The notes: a model not told the origin generated them from the sequence alone. Shown: positions 31,118-44,430, counted from the stretch's first letter. The stretch is DNA of 64,000 nucleotides from an uncultured Planctomycetota bacterium (GCA_963845755.1 CAWJTV010000047.1:1-64000), one strand, 5' to 3'. A program made the numbers and translations.

Positions 31118-32456
31118 ATGCCCGAAATGATGACCACCGACGTTCGAGCGATCATGGACCGCTCCCCCTTCGACGTCGCCGCGGTGGCCGACCTCCGCGA
31201 AGTCCTCAATCGCGATCCATCCCGGTATCGAACGCTGCGCGAGGCGGTGGCGAACATCAAGGATCGCGAAAGGAAAGAGAAAGAGTCCAAGCCTGAGGCG
31301 CATCTCCGCCTGGGCGTCGGCGAGGTGCTGCTGGGCCGCTACAATTCCGGCCTCGAGCACCTCAAGAAGGCCGGCGAAGTGGGGATGGCCTACTATTTCC
31401 GCGGGATCGCCCTGGAGAACCGTCAGGACTTCGAGCCGGCTGCCGCGGCGTTCGCCCAGGCCGTCAAGCTCGGCTACGATCCGCGAAGCTCCGAGCTGCA
31501 CCGCGCCGGAGCCTTGCGACGCTCCGGCCACATCGAGGAGGCCAAGAAGATCCTGGCCAATCACGAGAAACTCAGCGGTTCCTCCGCCGAATTCCACTTC
31601 CAGAGCGGCTGCGTGCTCGCCGTCGACGGAGAGCTGGCCGAGGCGGCCGCGGAATTCGAGAAGGCCCTGGCGCTCGACAGGGAACACAACGGTGCCCTGT
31701 TCGAGCTCGCCTACATCAACGACCTGCACGGCAATGACGAGCTGGCCGTCGAGTATTACCGCCGATGCACCGAGCGTCCTCCCGTGCCGCTGGCCGCCTG
31801 GGTCAACCTCGGGATCCTCTATGAGGATGAGATGCGGTTCCGTGAGGCCGAACAGTGTTACCGACAGGTCCTCACCCATGAGCCCAGTCACCCCCGAGCC
31901 CGGTTGTTCGTCAAGGATTGTCAGGCCAGCAAGGGGATGTACTACGACGAGGAAGCCGAGCGGGGCTACACGGTCCTCAAGCAGCTCCATGAGATCCCGG
32001 TCACCGATTTCGAGCTTTCGGTCCGGAGCCGAAACTGCCTGCGGAAGATGAACATCCGCACGCTCGGCGACCTGACCCGCACCACCGAAGCCGCGCTGCC
32101 TCTCGAGCAAGAACTTCGGCGAAACCTCCCTGGCCGAGATCAAGGAGATGATGCAAGCCAAGGGCTTGCGGTTGGGTATGGCCCTGGAGGGGAGCGAGCG
32201 CGGCGCCGATCATCGGATCGAGCCGCCCCAGGAAGTCGCGCCGGAGATGCAGGCCATGATGGCCCGGCCGATCGGCGAGCTCAACCTGTCCGTTCGCGCC
32301 CGGAAATGCATGAGCAAACTGAACATCCAGACCCTGGGCGACCTGCTCAAACACACCGGCGACGAGCTGCTGGAATGCAAGAACTTCGGCATCACCTCAT
32401 TGAACGAGGTCCGAGACAAACTCACCTCGATGAACCTGAAGCTCAAGAATGACTGA
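31118..32456 (+). CDS. TPR protein with two RNA polymerase alpha-CTD domains (frameshift near 32100)
   Basis: TPR repeats; FELSVRSRNCLRKMNI...KNFGETSL and LNLSVRARKCM...KNFGITSL. Confidence 0.85.
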
Positions 32457-32522
32457 TCGAGTGGCCAGTCGCAAGCGGACGGTGGCTCGTGAAAGTCAAC
32501 TGCCGCCTCGGACCATCAGCCG

Positions 32523-33704
32523 TTGATCCACCGGGTTCCAGGACACTGCCAATTGGCCATAGCCATCGACCACCCGGCTGGATCGACGACGCGGCGAGGG
32601 ATCCGGTTCACGGCCACGGCCCATGATCCGGGCTCGTCCGCGCGCGTCGGCCTGCTAGAGACCCGGCACGGCGCGCTGGAGACTCCGGCGTTCATGCCGG
32701 TCGGGACTCAGGCGACGGTCAAGGGGATAACGCCCGACCAGCTTCACGACACGGGGAGCCGCATGATTCTGGCCAATACGTTTCACCTGGCATTGCGGCC
32801 GGGTGAGGACGTCGTTGCCTCGATCGGAGGACTTCATCAATTCATGGGCTGGGACGGTCCCATCCTGACCGACTCGGGCGGGTTCCAGGTCTTCAGCCTG
32901 TCGGCCCGTAACCGGATCTCCGACGAAGGCGTCACCTTCCGGTCGCATATCGATGGACGACTGCTGGAACTCACCCCGGAGCGGGCCGTTCGGATCCAGG
33001 AGTTGCTCGGCGCGGACGTGGCGATGTGCCTCGACCACTGCCCGTCCCTGCCGTCCTCCCCGGCAACGATCGCCGAAGCCGTCTGCCGGACGATCGCATG
33101 GGCGAGGCGATGCAAGGAGGCCCACACTCGACCGGACCAGGCGCTCTTCGGGATCGTTCAGGGGGGTTCCCACGCGGATCTTCGCGCCGAATGTGCCGAG
33201 GCCCTGCTGGCCATGGAGTTTGACGGCTACGCCGTAGGCGGTGTCAGCGTGGGCGAGGGACGTGACGAAGTTCGCCAGGCACTGGACGTGACGACGCATC
33301 TGCTCCCGGCCGACCGTCCCCGCTACCTGATGGGAGTCGGCCGGCCGCAGGACATCCTCGACGCGGTGGCCACGGGGATCGACCTCTTTGACTGCGTCAT
33401 GCCGACGCGGAACGGCCGGAATGCAACCTGCTTCACGGATGCAGGTTGGGTGAAACTCCGCAATGCCGCGCACCGCTGCGACTCCCGGCCGATCGAGGAG
33501 TCGTGCGATTGCCTCGCCTGCCGCTCGTTCAGTCGGTCCTATCTGAGACATCTCTTCCTGGCGAAGGAGATGCTCGGTCCGATCCTGGCGTCCATTCATA
33601 ACCTGAGATACCTTCACCGGCTGACCCAGCGGATCCGCGAGGCGATCTCGGCAGGTCGATTTGTCCAGTTGCGTTTGGACGTTCTTGAAGCGTTAGGACC
33701 CTAG
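32523..33704 (+). CDS. tgt: tRNA-guanine transglycosylase
   Basis: [34 protein letters not shown], CxCxxC. Confidence 0.95.
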   Translation: MIHRVPGHCQLAIAIDHPAGSTTRRGIRFTATAHDPGSSARVGLLETRHGALETPAFMPVGTQATVKGITPDQLHDTGSRMILANTFHLALRPGEDVVASIGGLHQFMGWDGPILTDSGGFQVFSLSARNRISDEGVTFRSHIDGRLLELTPERAVRIQELLGADVAMCLDHCPSLPSSPATIAEAVCRTIAWARRCKEAHTRPDQALFGIVQGGSHADLRAECAEALLAMEFDGYAVGGVSVGEGRDEVRQALDVTTHLLPADRPRYLMGVGRPQDILDAVATGIDLFDCVMPTRNGRNATCFTDAGWVKLRNAAHRCDSRPIEESCDCLACRSFSRSYLRHLFLAKEMLGPILASIHNLRYLHRLTQRIREAISAGRFVQLRLDVLEALGP

Positions 33705-33811
33705 ACGTTAGAGTGCAAGAGCAGGGCCCGCCGGTTCGCACCGCGGCATCCCGGTCGAGGGTGAGTTGTTCGATCTTCCTGCAATCGTTCATGATCCGCC
33801 GATCAGTCCCG

Positions 33812-34174
33812 ATGGATTCCGTACCCATGTCCGCATTCCTCATCGACGTGCCGCTGGTCTTCGCCCAGGAGGCGTGGGGCAATACCTGGCTCCCGATCTA
33901 CCTGCTCGGGTTCTTCTTCCTGATCTACTTCATGATCCTCCGTCCCCAGAAGCAGCAGGACCAGAAGCGACGCGCGATGATCGACGCCATGAAGAAGAAC
34001 GACCGGGTCCTGACGACCGGGGGCATCTACGGCACGGTGATCTCGGTCGACGCGAGTCAGGATCGCGTGGTCTTGCGCGTGGACGATGAGAAGGGAGTCA
34101 AGCTCTCGTTCACGAGGGCGAGCGTGGCCCGGGTGATCGAGCCGACGCCCGACAAACCCGCTGAATCGACATAG
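33812..34174 (+). CDS. yajC: Preprotein translocase subunit YajC
   Basis: YFMILRPQKQ, DRVLTTGGIYG; tgt-yajC-secD synteny. Confidence 0.92.
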   Translation: MDSVPMSAFLIDVPLVFAQEAWGNTWLPIYLLGFFFLIYFMILRPQKQQDQKRRAMIDAMKKNDRVLTTGGIYGTVISVDASQDRVVLRVDDEKGVKLSFTRASVARVIEPTPDKPAEST

Positions 34175-34258
34175 TGTTCGGCGAAGACAGGTCGACTCGG
34201 AAGTCTCTTACTGAGAGCTGAACACCGAAAACTAAGGGGCCCGGCAGGAGGGACGAGC

Positions 34259-37200
34259 ATGAAGAAAGATTTCTTGTGGCGGTTTGTCTTGATCGGGGGC
34301 TTTACCCTCGCCGGCTTGGCCGCCATCTGGCCACCCTCGCAGAAACTGAAGCTAGGCATCGACCTATCAGGCGGTACGATCCTGGTCTATGAGGTCGAAA
34401 GCGCAAACTTGCCGCCGGGCTTCAACATGGACGAGCTGGTCTCTGCGTCGAAGAAGCGCGCCGATCCCGAAGGGGTGAAGGAGATCCCGATCCGCAAGAT
34501 CGGCGGCACTCGCATCGAGATTATCCTACCGCAGGCGAGCAACGAGGAGGTTGAAGAAGTCAAGAAGATGCTGATCGACGTGGGTGCGCTGGAGTTTCGC
34601 ATCCTCGCCAATCGCAAGCACGACGAGGGGGTCATCGCGCGCGCCCTGGGTCCCGACGGGCTGTCCAAGCCGCCGTCGCGATACATGTGGGCACGACTCG
34701 GCGAGATCTCGACTGGCACGAACCCCACCATGACCGCCGAGACGCTGTCCGACCTTCAACAATCGTGGAAGAAGGACCTGTATGCCGGCACCGAGGTCGT
34801 CTTGAACGGCAAGGACTCGCTGGGGAACGAGTCGAGCGAAGCCGTCAAAGTTCGACGGAACACGACGAACACGTTGTATCTCGACAAGCCGCACCGGCTG
34901 AAGTCGGTGTCATCGTATCGGATCGAGTACAACCCCAGCCGGATCCGCGGGGGTGATCCCAGCCGTCCCGATCCCAGCGACGTGATCATCCGGGAGGACA
35001 AAGTCGGCCCGGGCCGGACGGAGACCCGGATCCTCTGCAACCTCGATCGTGAAGGCCAGGTGGTGACCGGCAAGTTCCTGCGGCAGGTCCGACCCGACTA
35101 CGACGATCGGCTCCAGCCTGCGGTCCGGTTCGAGTTCAACCGCGAGGGGCGCGCAAGTTCGGCACGCTCACCCGCCAGCACATCCCCGAGGAAGGGGACA
35201 AATTCAAGTATCAACTGGCGATTCTGCTCGACTCGCTGGTCATGTCCGCACCCGTGATCAACTCCGAGATTCGCGACTCTGGAATCATCGAAGGGGGACC
35301 GCAAGGCTTCAAGGCCAAGGAGGTCGAGCACCTGATCAACGTGCTCCGGGCGGGCAGCCTGCCGGCCAGCCTGAAACCGGACCCGCTCCAGGAAGAGAAG
35401 GTCGGTCCCACCCTCGGCGAGGACACGATCGCCAAGGGAATCCGCGCGATCTGGGTCTCGATGCTCGTCGTGCCCATCTTCATGCTGGTCTACTATCGGT
35501 TCGCCGGCCTGGTGGCGACCATCGCCCTGGTGGTGAACATGATCCTCCTCGTCGGGTCAATGGCTTTCATGCAAGCCACCTTCTCGTTGCCGGGACTGGC
35601 CGGACTGGCGCTGACGATCGGCATGGCCGTGGATGCCAACGTGCTGGTGTTCGAGCGAATGCGAGAGGAGAAGGAGCGCGGCGCCAGCCTGGCCCAGCAG
35701 ATTCGCAATGGTTTCAACCGGGCCTGGATCACGATCTTCGACTCGCACGTCACCAATTTCCTCGCCGCCGTCGTGCTCTACATGGTCGGGACCGAGGAAG
35801 TCAAGGGCTTCGCGCTGACCATGATGATCGGCATGGCCTGGAACCTATTCACGGCCGTCTTCATGTCGCGCGTCATCTTCGAGTTCTGCTACTCGAGGGG
35901 CTGGCTCAAGCAGGTGACGATGCTCAAGTTGATGGACAAGACGAACTTCGACTTCATCGGCCCTCGATATATCTGCATGGCCGGCTCGCTGATCTTGATC
36001 GTCCTGGGCCTCTTCGCCACCTACTGGCGCGGCATGTCGATGTTCAATATCGATTTCACCGGAGGGACGCTGGTCACGATCCGCCTGAACGCGAGCGATC
36101 CGAGCGTTCAGGCGCTCTGCCGGCTCCGAATCCAAGCTCGCAGAGATGGTCCGCCAGAAGGCGAGCAGCCTGCCCGACGTGACGGTCGAGAGCCTTCGGG
36201 TGAGCAAGGAACAGAACCAGCCACGGTTCAACATCCGCACGACCGATCAGAATACCGAGCATGTTAAGCAAATGATCCTCGATGCGTTCGGCCCGAGCCT
36301 GGCCCGGGTCGAGATGACCGCACGCGAGGGCAAGCCGATCACGGCGGCTGCCGCACCGCCATCGGGCGAAGCGGCCAAAACGGCCGCTGCGCCGACCACG
36401 CGTTTCGCGGGCGGACGCGAGTACCAGCTCGACTTTAACACCAAGGAGTTCAACAGTACGGAGTCCCCCGCGGACGTCGTTGCGGCCGAGTTCGTCAAGG
36501 TCCTCAAACAGGCCAATATCGCCAATCCGGAGACGCGCTTCGAGATCAAGCCCGCCCCGGCCATCGTCGAAACGGCCGAGTCCAAGAGCGTGGACACGGC
36601 CCCGGCCGCCACGCGGCTGATCCTCCGCACCGACCTCGAGCCGGACGGCGCCAAGGTGCAGATCGACAAGCTCAAGGACTCGCTGGCCAACAACCGCGAC
36701 CTCTTGTTCGAACGGATCGGGAACTTCGGCGGGACCGTCGCCGCCGAGACCCGGACGCTGGCGCTCTACGCCACCGTGGCGAGCTGGCTGATCATCATCG
36801 CCTATCTCTGGTGGCGATTCCACTCGTTCACTTATGGCTTCGCGGCGGTCCTCGCCGTGGTCCACGACGTCTTGATCACGCTCGGCGTCATCGCCGTCAG
36901 TTACTGGATGGCGATGATCCCCGGGCTGAGCACCTTGCTCCAGATCGACCAGTTCAAGATCGACCTGCCGATCGTCGCGGCTTTCCTCACGCTGATCGGT
37001 TTCTCCACCAACGATACGGTCGTGATCTTCGACCGAATCCGAGAGATCAAGGGCAAGACGCCGCACCTGACCAATAAGATGGTCAACGACGCGATCAACC
37101 AGACGCTCAGCCGGACGATCCTCACGTCGTTCACCGCGTGGGTGGTCGTGGTCATCCTCTACTTCTTCGGCGGTGAAGGTCTGCACGGCTTCGCCTTCGC

Positions 37201-37375
37201 CCTGGTTGTCGGATTCCTGAGCGGGACCTACAGCACGGTCTATATCGCGACGCCGATCCTGATCGACTTCGTGGCGACCAAGACTCCTCCGCCCACGGCC
37301 AAGTCCGGCAAGCAACTGGCCTCGGCGCAGGACGTGAACTTGCCCGCTTTCCGTGGTGGGGAACGGGAAGGCTGA
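34259..37375 (+). CDS. secDF: Fused SecD/SecF (frameshifts near 35150 and 36130)
   Basis: LGIDLSGG, VGPTLG, GMAVDANVLVFER, IDFTGG, GFSTNDTVVIFDRIRE. Confidence 0.92.
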
Positions 37376-37436
37376 AGGCTGAGTCAACGCTGGCTGGGTC
37401 TGACTCAACCTTCAACCTTCAACCTTCTAGGGGAAA

Positions 37437-38309
37437 TCAGCGGAGGACCTGTCCGCCGAAGAGCCTGAGTCGTTCTCGACCGTCGTCGATGCAGAGGGCT
37501 CCATCCGCGTCGATCCCGCAGCCTCGTCCCGTCACGATCCGTCCGCCGACATCGACGTTTACCCAATGATCGCGGAGCAGGTCGAGTTGATTCCATCGAG
37601 ATGAAATTGACGGATTATTATTCACCAAGCATGTAAGAACTTTATTGAAATGTCGGAGGATAATTGACAGCGCCTGCGGGATGATCGACTCGTCGAGCGA
37701 CCGGTCGTGCATCGCGGCAAGGCCGATGGCCATCGTGCGGATGTCGGCCGGCGCGCCCTCGAACCGGGTCAATACGTTAAGTCCGACGCCGATCAGGAGA
37801 CGGTGACCGCCCTCGGTCTCGATCCGTTCGGGCAGGATGCCGCCGAGCTTCCGGCCGCGGACCTCGAGATCATTCGGCCATCGAATCCCTAGGGATGGCA
37901 AGCCGAAGCCCAGTCCCTCGAGCGCGTCGATGACGGCGACGGCTGTCGCCAGGGCCAGCTTTGGTTCCGATTCAACCCTCAGGCCGTGGGCGGTCGGATC
38001 GATCGCGAGGGTAAAGGTCAAGCTCCCCGCGTCCGACCACCACGAATGATCTCCGCGTCCGCGTCCGCGGGTCTGGCGCTTCGCCCAGACGGCCAACGGA
38101 AGCTCGACGTCCTCCTCGCGAACCAATCCCGCCGCGTGATCGCTGGTCGATTCAAGCTCGTCGTAGGTGAGGAGCGTCCTCACGAACGGACAGTCGTCGG
38201 TTCGACCCGCGCCGGCAGCACACATGAAGGAAACCCAGTTCGACTCGGGATCCACGTAAGGCGAGACTCGAACTCGCGGCGACAACGCAGCGAAGCACGC
38301 TTTACTCAC
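37437..38309 (-). CDS. birA: Biotin--protein ligase
   Basis: QTRGRGR, RWPNDL, KLGGIL. Confidence 0.88.
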   Translation of the reverse strand: MSKACFAALSPRVRVSPYVDPESNWVSFMCAAGAGRTDDCPFVRTLLTYDELESTSDHAAGLVREEDVELPLAVWAKRQTRGRGRGDHSWWSDAGSLTFTLAIDPTAHGLRVESEPKLALATAVAVIDALEGLGFGLPSLGIRWPNDLEVRGRKLGGILPERIETEGGHRLLIGVGLNVLTRFEGAPADIRTMAIGLAAMHDRSLDESIIPQALSIILRHFNKVLTCLVNNNPSISSRWNQLDLLRDHWVNVDVGGRIVTGRGCGIDADGALCIDDGRERLRLFGGQVLR

Positions 38310-41300
38310 CGCTCAACCGCAGCAGCAGTTCCCCGGTCTTGACCTGATGACCGACCACGGCGAGCACCTCGGCGACGCGTCCGGGACGTTCCGCATAGAT
38401 CGTCGTTTCCATCTTCATCGCTTCGATGGAGAGCAGTTTCTGGCCCTTGCGCACCGGGTCGCCGACCGAGACGGCCACGCCGACGACCAGTCCTGGCAGG
38501 GGGGCTCCGACCTGGTTGGGATCGGCGGGATCGGCCCTCGGCGTTTCGCGCACCGAGGAAGCCAGGGATCGATCGGCCACCTCGACCTCTCGCGGCTGGC
38601 CGTTGAGCTCGAAGAAGACTGTACACTTGCCATCCGCGTGCGGCTCGCCGATGGCGAGCAGCTTGACGATGAGCGTCTTTCCTGGCTCGATTTCGACCGG
38701 ATGCTCGACGCCGGGGTCTGGTCCGAAGAAGAAGATCGAGGTCGGCAGTATCGACGTGTCGGAATACGTCCGTTCGTGCGCGGCCAGATCGGGGAAGACG
38801 CGGGGATAGAGGAGGTAACTCGAAAGCGTCGCGCTCCTCCGCCGGTCGGCCGAGCAGCGAAGATGCCTTCTCTCGCGCCGCATCGATGTCGGCGGCCGGC
38901 AGGTTGGCACCCGGTCGATCGGTGAGCGGCGGACGCGCCCTTGAGCACCCGCGCCTGGAGGGCCGCGGGGAAGCCGCCCGGCGGCTGGCCGAGCCGTCCC
39001 TCGACGAACTCCACCACGCTCTCCGGAAACGCAAACTCGCGCTGCTCGTCGAAGATGTCCTCGGGCAGCAGGTTGTTCGCCACCAGGAATAGCGCCATGT
39101 CCCCCACGACCTTCGAGCTCGGCGTCACCTTGATGATGTCGCCGAACAGGAGATTGACCTGGGAATAAGCCGCGCAAACTTCAAGCCACCGCGCGGCCAA
39201 TCCGAGCGCCTTGGCCTGCTGGTAGAGGTTCGAGTACTGGCCGCCGGGCATCTCCAGATCGTACAGGTCGGCCGACGGAGAACGCGGGCCCGACTCGAAC
39301 GGTGCATAGAGGGTCCGGACCTCCTCCCAGTACCGGCTGATCGCGATGAGGGCCCTCGAATCGAGGCCCGACTCGCGAGGGGTGAATCGGAGCGACTCGA
39401 CCAGCGCGTTCAAGCTGGGCTGCGACGTCAGGCACGCCATGGATGCCACGGCGCCGTCGGCGATGTCCAGGCCGACGTCCGAGCCGCGCAGGACGCTCGC
39501 CGCCTGTGCGCCGCCGATGTCGTGCGTGTGGAAGTGGATCGGAACGCCGACCTCCTCGCGCAACGTCTTGATCAGGCGCTCCGCGGCCGCCGGCTTGCAG
39601 AGGCCGGCCATATCCTTGATCGCGATCAAGTTCGCCCCGCGCTTCTCCAGTTCCCTGGCCAGTCCGACGTAGTACGCCAGATTGTACTTGGGCCGTCCGG
39701 GATCGAGGATGTCGCCCGTATAACAGATCGCCGCTTCGCACAGGGCGCCGGCCTCGCGTACCGCATCCAGCGAGAGGGCCATGTTCGGCAGCCAGTTGAG
39801 CGAGTCGAAGACGCGGAACAAGTCGATCCCAGCGGCGGCCGCTTCCTTCACGAACGACTTGACGACGTTATCCGGATAGCTCGTGTAGCCCACCGCGTTC
39901 GAGCCGCGGAGCAACATCTGGAAGAGAATATTGGGGATCTTCTCGCGGAGCTGCACCAGGCGCTCCCACGGGTCCTCTTTCAGGAACCGCATGGCCGTAT
40001 CAAACGTCGCACCGCCCCACATCTCGATGGAGAACAAGCCCGGGCAGAGCCGGGCGTAAGCCTCGGCAATGCGGAGCATGTCGCGCGTCCGGACGCGGGT
40101 CGCCAGCAGCGACTGATGCGCATCGCGGAAGGTCGTGTCCGTGAGGAACAGCGGAGTCTGCTCGCGGACCCATCGCGAGAAGCCCTCCGCGCCCATCTCG
40201 AGGAACCGTTGACGCAAGCCCGGCGGTGGTCCGGCGAGGGGATCCAGCCGGGGAGGGACTGGTTCGGCCGGCGCGGTGTACCCTTCGGGCCGCGTGACGC
40301 CCGGGAAATCCGTTGATCGTGACCTCGGCCGCGTAACTCAGCAGCTTCGTGGCCCGATCCTGACGGACTGGGAACCGGAACAGCTCAGGTGTCTCGTCGA
40401 GGAACCGTGTCGTACAGTCGCCGGCCAGGAAGACCGGGTGCGTCACCACATTGAGCAGGAATGGCACGTTCGTCTTGACCCCGCGCACCCGGAATTCCTG
40501 GAGCGCCCGCTCCTGCCGGCGGGTGGCGTCGATGAATCGACGACCATATGAGCTGATCTTTACAAGGAGAGAATCATAGAAGGGTGTGATGATCGCACCG
40601 GTATTGGCCGGACCGCCATCCGTCCGGATCCCCATCCCGCCCACCGTGCGATAGTGCGTGATCCGCCCGTAGTCGGGCGTGAACCGATTCTCGGGATCCT
40701 CGGTCGTGACCCGGCATTGCAAGGCGAAGCCCTGGACTTGCACGGAGTCTTGGCCCGGCAGATCGATCTCGGGGTCCGAGAGCGGCTCGCCCCGGGCGAT
40801 CAAGACCTGGCTCTTGATCAAGTCGACGCCCGTGACGATCTCGGTGACGGTGTGCTCGACCTGGATGCGCGGGTTGACCTCGATGAAGTAGAAGGCGCCG
40901 GTGTCCACGTCGACCAGGAACTCGACGGTCCCCGCGTTGTCGTACCGGACGTGCCGGCCGATCCGGACAGCCGCCTCGCAGATCGCTTGCCGGATCGTCG
41001 CGTCGAGGTTGGGCGACGGTGCAATCTCGATGATCTTCTGATGTCGGCGCTGGATCGAGCAATCGCGTTCGTGGAGATGGACGAGATTGCCGTGGCGGTC
41101 GCCGAGGATCTGGACCTCGATATGCTTGGCACGGCGGAGGAATTTCTCGATGAACACGTCGGGCACGCCGAAGGCGGCGCCGGCCTCGCGGCGGGCCTGG
41201 TCGAGTGCCGCATCGAGCGCATCGGCCGCCTCGACGACCCGCATGCCCCGCCCGCCGCCGCCCATCGACGCCTTGACGATGACGGGGTACCCCAGTGACT

Positions 41301-41745
41301 GGGCCAGGGCGTGGGCCTCGGGACCGGGAAGCACCGGTGCATCGCTTCCCGACAGGACGGGGATGCCCGCCTCCCGGGCGAGCTTCCGCGCCGCCACCTT
41401 GTCTCCCAGGAGGTCGAGCAGCTCGGCGCGGGGCCCGACGAAGACGATCCCGGCCCGTCCGCAGGCCCGGGCGAACTCCGCGTTCTCCGAAAGGAAGCCA
41501 TAGCCCGGATGGATCGCGTTGACCGACTTCTCCTTGGCCAGCTTGACGATCGCCCCGACATTCAAGTAGCTCCGAATCGGCTCGCCGGGCTGGCCCACCT
41601 CGTACGCTTCATCGGCCTTGAGCCGATGCGTCGCGAATCGGTCCTCGTGCGAATAGATCGCCACCGTCCGGATGCCCAGCTCGTGCGCCGAGCGGAAAAC
41701 CCGGATCGCGATCTCGCCACGATTGGCTGCCATCAACTTGTTCAT
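38302..41745 (-). CDS. pyc: Pyruvate carboxylase (frameshifted)
   Basis: ANRGEIA, HPGYGFLSE, RDAHQSLLATR, HFHTHD, EAMKME. Confidence 0.95.
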
Positions 41746-41836
41746 TTCAGCCTTCAGTGTTGTAAAGTGCTCTGCGAGCACGGAATCTGCACCCCAGGAC
41801 CGATCGGTGCTCGCAGAGCACCCTACCGAGCACTGC

Positions 41837-42808
41837 TCAGAGTTCCTCCTCCTCGGCCTCGACCGGGTTTTCCAGGATCCCGATCGGCTCGATCGATGCG
41901 ACGACACGATCGCCGGGCTTGAGATAGGTCCCGGTGGCCGAGCCGACGCCCGAGGGTGTGCCGGTGGCGATCACGTCACCCGGCTGGAGCGTGAGCAGGT
42001 GCGACACGAACGACACGACCGCCGCGACCGGGAAGACCATTTCCGCAGTCGAGGCATCCTGCTTGACCTGCCCGCTGACGCTCAGTTTGATGGGGAGTGC
42101 CTGGGGATCCGGGACCATGTCGGCGGACAGGATGCACGGGCCCATCGGACAGAACGAGTCGTGCCACTTCCCGTGCATCCAGTCGAAGAACTTATCGCGC
42201 TCGCGCGGCTTGCGGTCGGGATTGGGCTTGTATGAGCGGTCACTGATGTCGTTGACGATCGTGTAGCCCGCAATGCAGCCCATCGCCTCGTCCTCATCGA
42301 CGTGCCGGCATCGTCGTCCCATGACGACGCCCAGCTCGCACTCCCAATCGATGTGGTCCGGCGAGACGCGCGGGATGATGATCGGATCGCCGGGGCGGGT
42401 CAGCGTGGTGCTGGGCGGTTTCATGAAGACATAGGGAAACGTCTCCTGGCGCTCGGCGACCGTACCGCCGCGCTCGGCGACGTGCTTCGCGTAGTTCCCC
42501 GCGAGCAGCAGCACCTTCGGCGGGTTGGCGATGGGGACCAGGAGTCGCACTTCCGACACGGGAATCAACAGCTCGTCCCGTCCCTCGTCGTCGAGCTTTT
42601 CCACCCAGAGAAACAGCTCTCGGGCGGCCTCGTAGGAGATCCCATCCGGCGGAAGCAGGTCGAGCGGGTCCTCGGTCGAAGGCAGGAGCAGCTCGATGTC
42701 GTTATCGCGACTGTAGGCTTCCGCCGCTTGGTCGATGGGGATCACGTAGGTGTCCATGTAGAATCCGGTCAAGACCATCTCATCGAATGCAAAACGACAG
42801 ACCCTCAT
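41837..42808 (-). CDS. Fumarylacetoacetate hydrolase family protein
   Basis: FMKPPS, DWECELGVV, NDISDR, PGDVIATGTPSGVG. Confidence 0.9.
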   Translation of the reverse strand: MRVCRFAFDEMVLTGFYMDTYVIPIDQAAEAYSRDNDIELLLPSTEDPLDLLPPDGISYEAARELFLWVEKLDDEGRDELLIPVSEVRLLVPIANPPKVLLLAGNYAKHVAERGGTVAERQETFPYVFMKPPSTTLTRPGDPIIIPRVSPDHIDWECELGVVMGRRCRHVDEDEAMGCIAGYTIVNDISDRSYKPNPDRKPRERDKFFDWMHGKWHDSFCPMGPCILSADMVPDPQALPIKLSVSGQVKQDASTAEMVFPVAAVVSFVSHLLTLQPGDVIATGTPSGVGSATGTYLKPGDRVVASIEPIGILENPVEAEEEEL

Positions 42809-42916
42809 CGCGACGCTCCTCACTCCACTCGAGTTTCACCCGCCCGCCCCCCTGGTAAGGGAGGGTTGGAGCGGGAAGGCTGAAGGCTGAAGGCTGAAGG
42901 CGGAATCGGCGAGCCT

Positions 42917-44317
42917 CTATCCTGACATACCCGGCGGACCGCGTCGAGCAACTGCGGCTCCTGTTCCCGTGCGATCGTGCGCACGTCGAAGTGGACGAGT
43001 CCCTTCTGGACTCGTGCGATGACCGGAGGATCCCCTGCGCCGCAAGGCCCTCGCCCAGGCGGATGCCGACCCAGGACTCTGGTGAGTCGGAAATGGCGAG
43101 GAAACCGCGACGACCGCCGTCTGGATCGGCCGGACAGGTGAGCTACCGCCGCCGATGGACGACTCGGAGGTTGACGGCACGGCGTTCAGGCCCAACTGGT
43201 CGCGGAAGGCGGCCGCGAGTGCTTCGGCCCGCGCGGTCAAGACCGGTAGCGGAGTCACGATCATGGTCCAGAGCGGAATGCGCTCGACGGCGTGGTCGGG
43301 GTCCATCGCCAGTCGTAAGGTCGCCTCCAGCGCCGCCAGTGTCATCTTGTCGACGCGCAAGGCGCGCATCAAGGGGTCAACCTCGATCCGCCCGATCGCC
43401 TCGCGCGTCCCGACCATGATCCCGCACTGGGGACCGCCGAGCAACTTGTCCCCGGAGAAGAGCACGAGGTCGGCACCGACGGCGAGGCTTTCGGCAGCCG
43501 TCGGCTCGTCTTCGATCCCGGGAGGACAGCCTGGCCCGAGTGCTCCGGAGCCGATGTCGTCGATCGCCCAGATCCCATGGGCGTGCGCCAGTTGAACCAG
43601 GTCCGGGAGCGGGGCATCCTCGGTGAACCCGAGGATCCGGAAATTGCTGCGATGCACGCGCAGGATCGCGGCCGTCCCGGGGCCGATCGCCCGTCGGTAG
43701 TCCGAGAGCCGGGTCTTATTCGTGGTCCCGACCTCGCGGAGCCGGGCGCCCGAGACCTCGAAGATCTCGGGCAGTCGGAAGCTCCCGCCGATCTCGACGA
43801 GCTGGCCGCGCGAAACGATCACCTCGCGACCGTCGGCCAGCGCACGCAAGGCCATGACCGTCGCGCCGGCGTTGTTGTTCACGACCGTCGCCGCCTCGGC
43901 GCCGGTCAGCTCGCGCAGCAAGCCGGAAATCCCCGAGGTTCGCCGACCCCTCGTGCCGTCGTCGAGATCTAGCTCGAGGTTGCAGTAGCCCGATCCCGCC
44001 TCCGCCACCGCCGCTACTGCCTCCGCCGCCAGCGGCGCCCGTCCTAGCCCCGTATGGAGCAGTACACCCGTCGCGTTGATCACGGGACGAAGCAGCGCCC
44101 GCTCCTGCTCCAGGATCTCTCGGGATCGTCGCGCCACGCTGGTTAAATCGGACTCGATCGACCTCCCCTCACTCAAGCCCCTTCGAACGTCCTCCATCGC
44201 CCGACGCACCGCGCGGCGCACAGCAACACGGCCACGCACATGCGTGGGCTCGACCAGCAGCTCGTGATCCAGCACCGCATTGACCGGCGGCAACCTTCGA
44301 CGAGCATCATCCGCCAC
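42917..44317 (-). CDS. selA: L-seryl-tRNA(Sec) selenium transferase
   Basis: INATGVLLHTGLGRAP, VNNNAGA, EIGGSFR, FSGDKLLGGPQ, RALRVDK. Confidence 0.93.
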   Translation of the reverse strand: MADDARRRLPPVNAVLDHELLVEPTHVRGRVAVRRAVRRAMEDVRRGLSEGRSIESDLTSVARRSREILEQERALLRPVINATGVLLHTGLGRAPLAAEAVAAVAEAGSGYCNLELDLDDGTRGRRTSGISGLLRELTGAEAATVVNNNAGATVMALRALADGREVIVSRGQLVEIGGSFRLPEIFEVSGARLREVGTTNKTRLSDYRRAIGPGTAAILRVHRSNFRILGFTEDAPLPDLVQLAHAHGIWAIDDIGSGALGPGCPPGIEDEPTAAESLAVGADLVLFSGDKLLGGPQCGIMVGTREAIGRIEVDPLMRALRVDKMTLAALEATLRLAMDPDHAVERIPLWTMIVTPLPVLTARAEALAAAFRDQLGLNAVPSTSESSIGGGSSPVRPIQTAVVAVSSPFPTHQSPGSASAWARALRRRGSSGHRTSPEGTRPLRRAHDRTGTGAAVARRGPPGMSG

Positions 44318-44430
44318 GAATCACCACCTCCGGGAAGGGCGTCGTAGCAGCAGGTGGCAAGTGGCGAGCCACTTGCCACTCGCGACGCCACTCCGAGCCA
44401 TCTTAATGATCTCTAGCCGGCTCCACAAGT

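Noticed and set aside
29559..33617. Long antisense ORFs opposite argG, the TPR gene and tgt
   Set aside because: These are typical stop-poor shadow frames of high-GC coding sequence with no recognisable motifs.
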